This document shows, piece after piece, positions 7,578-16,018 of a DNA stretch of 64,000 nt (its first letter is position 1; every line of letters starts with the position of its first letter). Source of the DNA: Micrococcales bacterium (GTDB taxonomy: Bacteria; Actinomycetota; Actinomycetes; Actinomycetales; JBBAYJ01); assembly GCA_031398915.1 (NCBI GenBank), contig JANNOG010000111.1, forward strand, positions 4,108 to 68,107, written 5' to 3'. The notes under the pieces were generated by a model that saw only the letters and a list, made by a program, of their open reading frames with translations, made no database searches and was not told the DNA's origin. Made by a program: the position numbers and the translations under genes.

Positions 7578-9166
7578 TCCGGGATTCCTCTCAGTAGGTG
7601 TTTCTGGACCTTGCCGACGGAGGTCCGTGGCAACTCCGCCACGAACCGGATCGCTTGGGGCACCTTGAACGGGGCCAGCCGGACGCGACAGTGCGCCAGC
7701 AGTTCGGCCTCGCTCGCCCGCGCCCCGGCGTGCAGGACGACGAACGCGTGTATCGCCTCGTCACGCATGTCGTCGGGGACGCCCACGACGGCGGTGTCGA
7801 AGACGGCGGGATGCTGGGCGACGACGGCCTCGACCTCGGCGCTGGCGACGTTCTCGCCCGACCGTTTGATCATGTCCTTACGACGGTCGACGAAGTACAG
7901 GTAGCCGTCGGCGTCGGCGCTCACGGTGTCCCCGGTGTGCAGCCAGCCGTCGCGGATCGCCAGCGACGTCGCCTGAGGATCGTCGAGGTAGCCCGACATC
8001 ATGGTGCGACCCGGTTGCCCGTGGACCAGCAGTTCACCGGGTTCGCCGGGTGCGGCATCGGTGCCTGCGGCGCTGAGGACGCGAACCCGGACCCCCGGCA
8101 GTGGTCGCCCGATGGACTGCCACGCCCGGCGTTCGTACAACGGGTTGATCGTCGTGGGGACGACCGTCTCGGTCATTCCGTAAAGCTGCACGAGGGGGAC
8201 GGCGAAGCGGCGCTCGAATTCGGCGGCCTGGGCCTCGGTGACGTTCTGGGCGAACATCGCCACCCGCAGCCGGTGCGCCGTGTCGTGATCACTGGGAGGC
8301 GCGGCGAGGATCATCCGGATGGGGGCGGCGAACACGCTCGCGACGGTGGCGCCCAGGACGTGCGCCTGCTCGGACCAGCGGCTGGCGCTGAACCGGGGCG
8401 TCAGCGCGATCGACGCGCCGGTGACCAGCGCCGACATCGTCGAGTAGTACTGGGCGTTGCCGTGGAACAGGGGCAGGACGACCAGCTGGCGATCGTCGGG
8501 GCGCAGCCGCAGATGGCCCGCCACCGCGTCGCCGGCGTGCAGGTATGCGGCGTGGGACACCAGAACCCCCTTGGGTCGACTGGTGGTGCCGGAGGTGTAG
8601 AGCACCGCCAGCGGGTCGCCGGCCGAGGCGGCACCGGTCACCGGTCCGGCATCGGAGACCGTCGACCCGGCCCACTCGTGGGTCAGGTCCAGCACCGTGA
8701 CCGCGCTGCCGGCCGCCTCTTTCGCGCCTGGCATGAGGTCGGCCTCGGCGGCGACCACCCGACACCCGGCGTGCGCCAGCACGAACTCCAACTCGGCGAT
8801 CGTGGACGACGGATTCAACGGCACCGCGGTCGCGCCCAGGAGGGCAGCGGCGAACCACGCGTCGTAGAACTCCGGCCGATTCGAGCCGAGGATCGCGAAC
8901 CGATCGCCCGGACCGATCCCCTGGTTGGCGAGCACGGTCGCCGCGACCCGGACCCGCTCCACCATGGTCCGGTACGAGACCTCGACGACCTCCCTCGGCG
9001 CAGCCTCGAACAGCAGGAAGGGCGCGTCCGGCGAGCGCTCGGCGTGACCGCACAGCACCGTCCACACCGTGTCCGTGCCACGCACCGGAGGCGGCCCGAG
9101 GTGGGCGTCGAACCTGGTGCCGTCCACATCGACCGTCACCGGTCCAGCGTGAGCCGGGAGGGTCAC
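7574..9166 (-). CDS. AMP-dependent acyl-CoA synthetase/ligase (ANL superfamily)
   Basis: LYTSGTTSRPKGV (AMP-binding core), YGMTET, GWLHTGD and the C-terminal PRTSVGKVQK motif. GTG start at 9166. Confidence 0.9.
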   Translation of the reverse strand: MTLPAHAGPVTVDVDGTRFDAHLGPPPVRGTDTVWTVLCGHAERSPDAPFLLFEAAPREVVEVSYRTMVERVRVAATVLANQGIGPGDRFAILGSNRPEFYDAWFAAALLGATAVPLNPSSTIAELEFVLAHAGCRVVAAEADLMPGAKEAAGSAVTVLDLTHEWAGSTVSDAGPVTGAASAGDPLAVLYTSGTTSRPKGVLVSHAAYLHAGDAVAGHLRLRPDDRQLVVLPLFHGNAQYYSTMSALVTGASIALTPRFSASRWSEQAHVLGATVASVFAAPIRMILAAPPSDHDTAHRLRVAMFAQNVTEAQAAEFERRFAVPLVQLYGMTETVVPTTINPLYERRAWQSIGRPLPGVRVRVLSAAGTDAAPGEPGELLVHGQPGRTMMSGYLDDPQATSLAIRDGWLHTGDTVSADADGYLYFVDRRKDMIKRSGENVASAEVEAVVAQHPAVFDTAVVGVPDDMRDEAIHAFVVLHAGARASEAELLAHCRVRLAPFKVPQAIRFVAELPRTSVGKVQKHLLRGIPE

Positions 9167-9182
9167 GCGGCGACCAACGCAA

Positions 9183-9201
9183 TCTCAACGGATTCTCAAC
9201 G
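9183..9201. promoter_or_regulatory. Direct repeat TCTCAACG-n3-TCTCAACG (11-bp register), a candidate OmpR-family response-regulator binding site
   Basis: Two identical octamers start at 9183 and 9194. They sit in the 107-bp divergent region between the ligase operon (start 9166) and the response-regulator gene (start 9274). Confidence 0.35.
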
Positions 9202-9273
9202 CGGCCGGCCCCCGCGCCACCGTGAGACCATGAGCCCGGCGGTGTCGAGGGCGCGACCGCCCGGGAGGCCGAT

Positions 9274-9993
9274 ATGGGCGATGGCGCGAGGCGCGTACTC
9301 GTCGTCGACGACGACGACGGGGTGAGGACGGTCGCTGCCTGGCAACTCCAGGCGGAGGGGTTCGTCGTCAGTCAGGCACGCGATGGCGCGGAGGCGCTCG
9401 AACGGATCGCGCGCGAGGACCTCCAGCTCGTGATCCTCGATCTGTCCCTGCCAGTGGTGGCGGGCCTCGACGTGCTGCGCCGATTGCGCACCGGGGCAAC
9501 CGCCGCGCGGACCCTGCCGGTCATCGTGTTGTCGGGCCGCAACGGCGAGACCGACCGGATCATCGGCCTCGACCTGGGCGCCGACGACTACCTGGTCAAG
9601 CCGTTCTCGCCGGGCGAGCTGGCCGCCAGGGTGCGCTCGGTCCTGCGGCGCTCGCGAGTGCCCGTGCCTGACGATCGTGACCGGGGAGGGGACGCGCCCG
9701 GCGGGTCGCTCCGGGTGGACGAGGTGACCCGCGACGTCACCGCGTTGGGGCGTGCGGTGGACCTCACCGCCAAAGAATTCGATCTCCTCGCCTTCCTGGT
9801 CCGCCACCCCCGCCAGGTCTTCACCCGCGCCCAACTGCTGCACCGCGTCTGGGGCACGGCATCGCAATGGCAGAGCGAGGCGACGGTGACCGAGCACGTG
9901 CACCGGCTGCGCCAGAAGATCGAACCCGACCCGGCACATCCGCGGTGGCTGCGCACGGTGCGCGGCGTCGGCTACCGGCTGGAACCGCAGTGA
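9274..9993 (+). CDS. OmpR/PhoB-family response regulator
   Basis: Receiver domain (VLVVDDDDGVR, LVILDLSLP) plus a winged-helix output domain (LTAKEFDLLAFLVRHPRQVFTRAQLL, VRGVGYRL). GGGAGG Shine-Dalgarno sequence 6 nt upstream of the ATG. Confidence 0.95.
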   Translation: MGDGARRVLVVDDDDGVRTVAAWQLQAEGFVVSQARDGAEALERIAREDLQLVILDLSLPVVAGLDVLRRLRTGATAARTLPVIVLSGRNGETDRIIGLDLGADDYLVKPFSPGELAARVRSVLRRSRVPVPDDRDRGGDAPGGSLRVDEVTRDVTALGRAVDLTAKEFDLLAFLVRHPRQVFTRAQLLHRVWGTASQWQSEATVTEHVHRLRQKIEPDPAHPRWLRTVRGVGYRLEPQ

Positions 9994-11645
9994 CCGCCGC
10001 CGGCCAGAACGTGCGGATCGATTCGACCAGGGGTGACCTGGACGACCTCGACGACCTGGTGGCGCACCAGGGCGCGATCCTCGAACTGATCGCGTCCGGG
10101 GCAGGGCACGGCGACGTCCTGACGGCCGTGGTCCACGCCCTCGAGGGGATGATCGTCGACAGCCGGTGCTCGATCCTGCTGCTCGACCCGGCGCGGGGGG
10201 CTCTGGATCACGGCGCGGCACCATCGCTGCCCGCCGCCTACACCGCAGCGATCGACGGTATCCACATCGGCCCCGACGCCGGCTCCTGTGGAACTGCCGC
10301 CTACACCGGGCGGCGGATCGTGGCGGAGGACATCCGGACCGACAGCCGGTGGGAGGCGTTTCGCGACCTCGCCCTACCGCACGGCCTCCGCTCGTGCTGG
10401 TCCACCCCGATCCGAGGTCGCACCGGCGTACTGGGCACGTTCGCCGTCTACCACTACGCACCGCACCGCCCCGGCGAGCGCGAACAGCGCCTGGTGGATC
10501 GATTCACCCACCTGGCATCGGTGGCCATCGACCACGCCGGACTGTTCGGGGCGCTGGCCGACAGCGAGGAGCGGTTCCGCCGGGCATTCGAGGACAACGT
10601 GGTGGGGATGGCGCTGACCGACCTCGACGGGCGATTGCTCAAGGTCAACCGCGCCCTGTGCGTACTGCTAGATCGGTCGGAAGGCGAGCTGGTGGGCGAA
10701 CCCTTGACCGCGCTGGCGACCCCCACGACGGATACCGACCTCACCCGTGCCGCGCACGACGGCGTCCATCTCGACGCCGTCGCCCGGACCCCCACGGGTC
10801 GGGAGCTGGAGTTGCGGGTGACCGCATCGGCGGTGCGCCGGTCGAACGGCTCGCCCGAGGTGCTGTGCGTCCACGTCATCGACGTCACCCAGCGTCGCGC
10901 CGCCGAACGTGAGCGCCGGGCGCGCCACGAGGCGGAGGTGGCCCGCGCCGCAGCCGAGTCCGCCAATACCGCGAAGTCGCAGTTCGTCACCACGCTCAGC
11001 CACGAGTTGCGGACACCGATGCAGGCGATCGCCGGCTTCGCTGAGCTGCTGGGCACCTTGGACATGTCGCCGGGACAGCGCGCCACCGCCCTGGGCCACA
11101 TCGCCTCGGCGACCTCGCACGTCCTGTCGATCGTCGACGACGTCCTCGACCTGGCGGCGGTCGATGCGGGCGCGCTGTCGCTGTCCCCGGCAGAGGTGGA
11201 CGTCCACGACCTGGTGGTGGACGTCGTCGCACTGCTCCAGCCGCTGGCCGCGCGCCGCGGGGTGGTCGTGTCGGCGACGCCCTGTGATGCCGTCACCGTC
11301 GCCGACACCCGGCGCTTGCGGCAGGTACTCATCAACCTCGTGACCAATGCCGTCCAGTACAACAATCCAGGAGGTAGCGTCGACGTGGCCGTGTCTCGCC
11401 GAGAGGGCATCGTCGCCGTTGCCGTACGCGACGACGGACCGGGGATCCACACCGATGACATCCCCCGGATGTTCGTGCCGTTCGACCGGCTGGGAGCTGC
11501 CGCCTGCGCGCCCGAGCGCCCAGGCAGCGGGTTGGGCCTGGCCCTGGTTCGAGCCCTGGTCGAGGCGATGAACGGGCGGATCGACGTGGTCAGCCGGGTC
11601 GGCGTGGGCACCGTGGTGACTGTGGAGTTGCCCGCCGCCGGTTGA
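9990..11645 (+). CDS. Cytosolic sensor histidine kinase (GAF-PAS-HisKA-HATPase)
   Basis: GTG at 9990 overlaps the regulator stop (GTGA). It has a GAF-like block (CSILLLD...GSCGTAAY...LGTFAVY), a PAS block (FRRAFEDNVVGMALTDLDGRLLKVN), the H-box LSHELRTPM, and N/G boxes (NLVTNAVQYN, GSGLGLALV). I see no transmembrane segment. Confidence 0.9.
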   Translation: MTAAGQNVRIDSTRGDLDDLDDLVAHQGAILELIASGAGHGDVLTAVVHALEGMIVDSRCSILLLDPARGALDHGAAPSLPAAYTAAIDGIHIGPDAGSCGTAAYTGRRIVAEDIRTDSRWEAFRDLALPHGLRSCWSTPIRGRTGVLGTFAVYHYAPHRPGEREQRLVDRFTHLASVAIDHAGLFGALADSEERFRRAFEDNVVGMALTDLDGRLLKVNRALCVLLDRSEGELVGEPLTALATPTTDTDLTRAAHDGVHLDAVARTPTGRELELRVTASAVRRSNGSPEVLCVHVIDVTQRRAAERERRARHEAEVARAAAESANTAKSQFVTTLSHELRTPMQAIAGFAELLGTLDMSPGQRATALGHIASATSHVLSIVDDVLDLAAVDAGALSLSPAEVDVHDLVVDVVALLQPLAARRGVVVSATPCDAVTVADTRRLRQVLINLVTNAVQYNNPGGSVDVAVSRREGIVAVAVRDDGPGIHTDDIPRMFVPFDRLGAAACAPERPGSGLGLALVRALVEAMNGRIDVVSRVGVGTVVTVELPAAG

Positions 11646-11676
11646 GGATCGTCGTTACACCCCGGTAACAGCGAAG

Positions 11677-11713
11677 GTCTACTGTCACGATTCGTTGAAT
11701 ACCCACAGTAGAC
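11677..11713. promoter_or_regulatory. 9-bp perfect inverted repeat GTCTACTGT-n19-ACAGTAGAC upstream of the GS-like gene
   Basis: Lies in the comparatively AT-richer 94-bp leader, 27 nt before the ATG at 11740. It is either an operator candidate or a leader hairpin. Confidence 0.35.
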
Positions 11714-11739
11714 TCGGGCTGCAGTGAACGGGAGGCGCG

Positions 11740-13062
11740 ATGACGTCCTTGGCGGAACGGGTCCGAGCCGACGGGGTCCGATTCATCCTCGCGATGTTCG
11801 TCAACCTCCACGGCAAGCCGTGCGCCAAGTTGGTGCCCGCCACGGCGGTCGACGTGCTCGAGTCCGAGGGGGTCGGGTTCGCCGGATACGCGGCCGGAGC
11901 CATCGGCCAGCTACCGCAGGACCCTGACGTCGTGGTCCTGCCCGACGTCAGCTCGTACGCCGCGATCCCGTTCGTCCGCGAGGGGCTGGCGATCGTGCAG
12001 TGCGACCCGACGGTCGAGGGCCGCCCGTGGCCGTTCGCCCCACGCGTGATCTTGCGGGCCATGATGGAGCGGACCGCGGCGCACGGCACGTTGCAGGCCG
12101 GGGCGGAGGCCGAGTACTTCCTCGTCACCCGCGACCCGGACGGCACCGTGCGCCCGGCCGACAGCCGGGACACCTCGGCCCAACCGTGCTACGACGCACG
12201 CGGCCTCACGCGGATGTACGACCACCTGACCGAGGTGGCCGATGCGATGAACACACTCGGTTGGGGCAACTACGCCAACGACCACGAGGACGGCAACGGC
12301 CAATTCGAACAGAACTTTCACTTCGCCGATGCGATGACCACCGCGGATCGCGTCATCACCCTGCGATATCTCATCCATGTGATGGCCGAGCGGCGTGGCA
12401 TGACTGCCACGTTCATGCCCAAACCCTTCACCGATCGGACGGGTAACGGACTGCACGTCCACCTGTCCCTCTGGAGCGGGGCGCAACCGTTGTTTCCGGC
12501 CACCGGACCCGACAGTCACGGACTCGGCCTGTCGCCGACGGGATACGGCTTCGTCGCCGGATTACTCGACCATGCGCCCGCCCTCAGCGCCGTCATCGCG
12601 CCGACCGTCAACTCGTACAAGCGCAGTGGGGCGACATCGACCGCCTCGGGTGCCACCTGGGCACCCCGGCGCGCGACCTACGGTGGCAACGACCGCACCC
12701 ACCTGCTGCGCGTCCCCGACGGCAACCGGGTCGAGCTGCGCGGACCGGACGGCAGCGCCAACCCGTATCTCGTCGCGGCTGCGGCGCTGGGTGCCGGCAT
12801 CGACGGCATCGACCGGAGGGCCGATCCCGGTCGCCCCTGCCGCGCGGGTGAGGTGCCCGACACGGCATCCCTGCTGCCACAGACCCTGATGGACGCCCTC
12901 GACGCCCTCGACGCGGATCCGGTGGTGCGCGGTGTCCTCGACTGCGTCGACCCGGGCGCGGGCGTGGCGGACTATTTCGCACGAATCAAACGTGAGGAGT
13001 TCGAGGCGTGGCACGCGCAGGTGAGCGCGTGGGAGATCGACAACTACCTCACGGCCTTCTAG
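11740..13062 (+). CDS. Glutamine-synthetase-family enzyme, likely a gamma-glutamyl-amine (gamma-glutamylmethylamide-type) synthetase
   Basis: GS catalytic-domain motifs DHEDGNGQFEQNFHF, TFMPKPF and GNGLHVHLSLW. The genomic context is GATase-II/GXGXG/FMN glutamate-synthase-like genes, as in N-methylglutamate pathway clusters. Confidence 0.85.
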   Translation: MTSLAERVRADGVRFILAMFVNLHGKPCAKLVPATAVDVLESEGVGFAGYAAGAIGQLPQDPDVVVLPDVSSYAAIPFVREGLAIVQCDPTVEGRPWPFAPRVILRAMMERTAAHGTLQAGAEAEYFLVTRDPDGTVRPADSRDTSAQPCYDARGLTRMYDHLTEVADAMNTLGWGNYANDHEDGNGQFEQNFHFADAMTTADRVITLRYLIHVMAERRGMTATFMPKPFTDRTGNGLHVHLSLWSGAQPLFPATGPDSHGLGLSPTGYGFVAGLLDHAPALSAVIAPTVNSYKRSGATSTASGATWAPRRATYGGNDRTHLLRVPDGNRVELRGPDGSANPYLVAAAALGAGIDGIDRRADPGRPCRAGEVPDTASLLPQTLMDALDALDADPVVRGVLDCVDPGAGVADYFARIKREEFEAWHAQVSAWEIDNYLTAF

Positions 13063-13077
13063 AAGGGAGGACCCGCC

Positions 13078-13977
13078 ATGTGCGGAATCGTCGGCCTACA
13101 ACTGCGCGACTCGCTGCTGCGCCCCCACCTGGGGTCGCTGCTGTCGCAGATGTTGGCGCAGGTCTGCGAACGCGGACCCGACTCGGCGGGAATCGGGATC
13201 TACGGCGATCCCACGTTCGCCCCACCCGGCACTGCGACCGTTTCGCTGCTCGGAGTCTCCTCACCCGGCACCGTGGCTGCGGACCTGGCCGCCGCATTGG
13301 GCCTCGACGCCACCCAGGTGGTGATGACCGGCGCGGGCTCCACCACAGTGGCCCACGCGCCGGTGGCAACGTCAGCGCTGGTGCTCGCGGCCCGGGGGCT
13401 GAGCGACCTCACGGTGATCGGTTGGGGGGACGACCTCGCTGTCATCAAGGGTGTCGGGCATCCGATGGCCGTCGCGGCGGCGGCCGACCTGGCGGCCGCC
13501 TCCGGATGGCAGGCGGTTGCCCACACCAGAATGGCCACCGAGAGCGCGATAACCGTGGCGGGTAGTCACCCCTTCTCGGTGGGCGCCGACCTGTGTCTGG
13601 TCCACAACGGGTCCTTTGCCAATCACGCCACCATTCGGCGTGAGCTGAAGGCGACCGGAGTGACCTTCGACAGTGACAACGATTCGGAGGTCGCCGCCCG
13701 GTTCGTCGCAGCGGCCCTGTCCGACGGACACGACCTGGAGAAGTCGCTGCGCCTCCTCTGTGAGCGTTTCGACGGCTTCTACACGCTCGTGGTCACCACA
13801 CACGATTCATTCGCCGTCGTCCGGGACGCGATCGCCTGCAAACCCGCTCTGGTCGCCGAGACACCCCGGTGGGTCGCGATGGCATCGGAGTACCGCGCCC
13901 TGGCGGCACTGCCCGGCATCGAGCAGGCGCGCGTCTTCGAGCCCGGTCCAGGCGAGGTGCATCTGTGGTCACTGTGA
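13078..13977 (+). CDS. Class II glutamine amidotransferase-like subunit (GlxB/MgsA-like)
   Basis: N-terminal MCGIVG (Ntn Cys2 nucleophile), HTRMATES and LVHNGSFANH. GGGAGGA Shine-Dalgarno sequence upstream. Confidence 0.9.
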   Translation: MCGIVGLQLRDSLLRPHLGSLLSQMLAQVCERGPDSAGIGIYGDPTFAPPGTATVSLLGVSSPGTVAADLAAALGLDATQVVMTGAGSTTVAHAPVATSALVLAARGLSDLTVIGWGDDLAVIKGVGHPMAVAAAADLAAASGWQAVAHTRMATESAITVAGSHPFSVGADLCLVHNGSFANHATIRRELKATGVTFDSDNDSEVAARFVAAALSDGHDLEKSLRLLCERFDGFYTLVVTTHDSFAVVRDAIACKPALVAETPRWVAMASEYRALAALPGIEQARVFEPGPGEVHLWSL

Positions 13978-14663
13978 CCGATTCGGATCTCGTCCTCGAC
14001 GTTCACCAGGTCGGTGTGCGGGGAGTCAACTCGGCCCTGCGCGATCTCGACCCGGGCACCCGGGTGCGTGTGATCAACCCCGGTGGTCGCCACAACCTGG
14101 CAGTCGGCCTCGACGCGGCCGTCGACGTCCGGATCGAGGGCCCGGCCGGCTACTACATCGGCGGCCTCGGTAAGCACGCCGACCTCGTCGTCGACGGCCC
14201 GGTGGGTTGGGGAGTCGGTGAGAACCTCATGTCGGGTTCGGTGAGGGTTCGCGGCGACGCCAGCCAGAGTGCGGCCGCAAGCGCCCACGGTGGCCTCGTC
14301 ATGGTCGAGGGGGACGCATCGTTGCGGGCAGCCGTGTCGCTCAAGGGCGCCACCCTGGCGGTGGCCGGCTCGGTGGGGGCCTACTGCGCCTTCCTGGCGC
14401 AGGCCGGGACGGTACTGATCGGTGGCGACGCGGGCGCCGGCCTCGGCGACTCGATCTACGAGGCGGTCGTCTACGTCGGTGGGCGGGTCGGCGACCTCGG
14501 CACCGATGCCCGGATCGAGGATCTGACGGCCGCCGACGTGGCCGCGGTAACCGCACTGATCGCCCAGACCGGGTTCGACCATATCGATCCCGAGAACGTG
14601 ACCCGCGTCGCCTCGGCCAAACAGCTCTATCACTTTTCCACCCACCAGCATGGGGCCTACTGA
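13974..14663 (+). CDS. GXGXG-motif protein (glutamate synthase alpha C-terminal-domain-like, GlxC/MgsB-like)
   Basis: Repeated beta-helix GXGXG-type segments (GPAGYYIGGLGKHADLVVDGPVGWGVGENLMSGSVRVRGDAS...). The GTG at 13974 overlaps the preceding stop (GTGA). An alternative GTG lies at 13965. Confidence 0.85.
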   Translation: MTDSDLVLDVHQVGVRGVNSALRDLDPGTRVRVINPGGRHNLAVGLDAAVDVRIEGPAGYYIGGLGKHADLVVDGPVGWGVGENLMSGSVRVRGDASQSAAASAHGGLVMVEGDASLRAAVSLKGATLAVAGSVGAYCAFLAQAGTVLIGGDAGAGLGDSIYEAVVYVGGRVGDLGTDARIEDLTAADVAAVTALIAQTGFDHIDPENVTRVASAKQLYHFSTHQHGAY

Positions 14664-16018
14664 TGACATTCCTCGGAGATCCTGGCGGCCCCCCGGTGTC
14701 CGCCACATTCCCCCCGCACGTGATGGCCGGCATTCGTGAGCGTGCCGAGCTCGGCCGTTATCCGATCAGAGGAATGGGGGCTCGACGATCCCTGCCGTCG
14801 TTCGACGACCTCACCTTCCTCACGGCCTCCGCATCGCGCTACCCGCTGGAGGGTTATCGCGAACGGTGTGAGACGCGCACCGTGTTGGGCGCCGCGCGGG
14901 CCAGTAATCCGGTCGTCCTCGATATTCCGATCACGATCGCGGGAATGAGCTTCGGCTCGTTGTCCGCCCCCGCAAAGGACGCCCTGGGACGCGCGGCCTC
15001 CGAGGTCGGCACGTCGACCACCACCGGCGACGGCGGCATGACGGCTGAGGAGCGGATGAGCAGCAAGACCCTCGTGTACCAACTGCTGCCGTCGCGATAC
15101 GGCTTCGACCCGGACGACCTGCGCTCCGCCGACGCCGTGGAGATCGTCATCGGCCAGGGCGCCAAGCCGGGCGGCGGCGGCATGTTGCTGGGCCAGAAGG
15201 TGGGCGCCCGTGTCGCCGACATGCGGACCCTGCCCGAGGGCGTCGACCAGCGTTCGGCCAGCCGCCACCCGGACTGGACCGGCCCGGACGACCTTCGGAT
15301 CAAGATCGAGGAGATCCGCGAGGTCACCGACTGGCGGGTGCCGATCTACATCAAGATCGGGGCGACCAGGGTCGACCACGACGTTCGCCTGGCCGTCGCC
15401 GCGGGAGCGGACGTCGTCGTGCTGGACGGGATGCAGGGCGGCACCGGCGCGACCCAGGACGCCTTCATCGAGCACACCGGAATCCCGACGTTGGCCGCGG
15501 TTCGCCTGGGTGCCGACGCCCTGGACGACCTGGGCGTGCACGCGGACGTCAAGCTCGTCATCTCGGGTGGCATCCGCAGTGGAGCCGACGTCGCCAAGGC
15601 TCTGGCGCTGGGTGCCGACGCGGTGTCCATCGGCGTGGCCTCGTTGATCGCGATGGGCTGCAACGCCGACACCTGGACCGACGCCGACGGCGAGCGCCAC
15701 GACGTCACCGACGAGTACCGCGCCCTCGGGACGCTGCCGGGCTACTGCACCCACTGTCATACCGGCGCCTGCCCGGTGGGGGTCACGACGCAGGACGACG
15801 TCCTCGCCCGACGGTTGGATCCCCACGCTGCGGCACAACGAGTCGCGAACTACCTGCGCGCCCTCACGATGGAGACCACCATGCTCACCCGGGCGTGCGG
15901 CAAGTCCGACGTCCATCACCTCGAGCCGGAGGACCTCGTGGCCCTGACCGTCGAGGCCGCGGCGATGGCGCGGGTCCCGTTGGCCGGGACGACGTGGATC
16001 CCCGGCGTGCACCCGTGA
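14663..16018 (+). CDS. FMN-binding glutamate-synthase-family protein (GlxD/MgsC-like)
   Basis: 451 aa with GAKPGGGGML, VVLDGMQGGTGA and ISGGIRSGADVAKALALGADAV, typical of the GltB FMN domain. The ATG shares 1 nt with the previous stop. Confidence 0.9.
   Translation: MTFLGDPGGPPVSATFPPHVMAGIRERAELGRYPIRGMGARRSLPSFDDLTFLTASASRYPLEGYRERCETRTVLGAARASNPVVLDIPITIAGMSFGSLSAPAKDALGRAASEVGTSTTTGDGGMTAEERMSSKTLVYQLLPSRYGFDPDDLRSADAVEIVIGQGAKPGGGGMLLGQKVGARVADMRTLPEGVDQRSASRHPDWTGPDDLRIKIEEIREVTDWRVPIYIKIGATRVDHDVRLAVAAGADVVVLDGMQGGTGATQDAFIEHTGIPTLAAVRLGADALDDLGVHADVKLVISGGIRSGADVAKALALGADAVSIGVASLIAMGCNADTWTDADGERHDVTDEYRALGTLPGYCTHCHTGACPVGVTTQDDVLARRLDPHAAAQRVANYLRALTMETTMLTRACGKSDVHHLEPEDLVALTVEAAAMARVPLAGTTWIPGVHP

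Noticed and set aside
7598-9325. 575-aa plus-strand ORF antisense to the AMP-ligase gene
   Set aside because: It is Arg/Gly/Pro/His-rich low-complexity sequence with no recognisable motif. It is the typical stop-free antisense frame of a high-G+C gene, and the opposite strand carries unambiguous ANL motifs.
9196-10461. 421-aa minus-strand ORF across the response regulator and kinase genes
   Set aside because: It has the same high-G+C antisense composition (RRGRPG-type runs). The plus strand encodes clear receiver/wHTH and GAF domains.
14657-16012. 451-aa minus-strand ORF mirroring the FMN glutamate-synthase-like gene
   Set aside because: It is an exact antisense shadow of a gene with strong motifs, and it has no motifs of its own.
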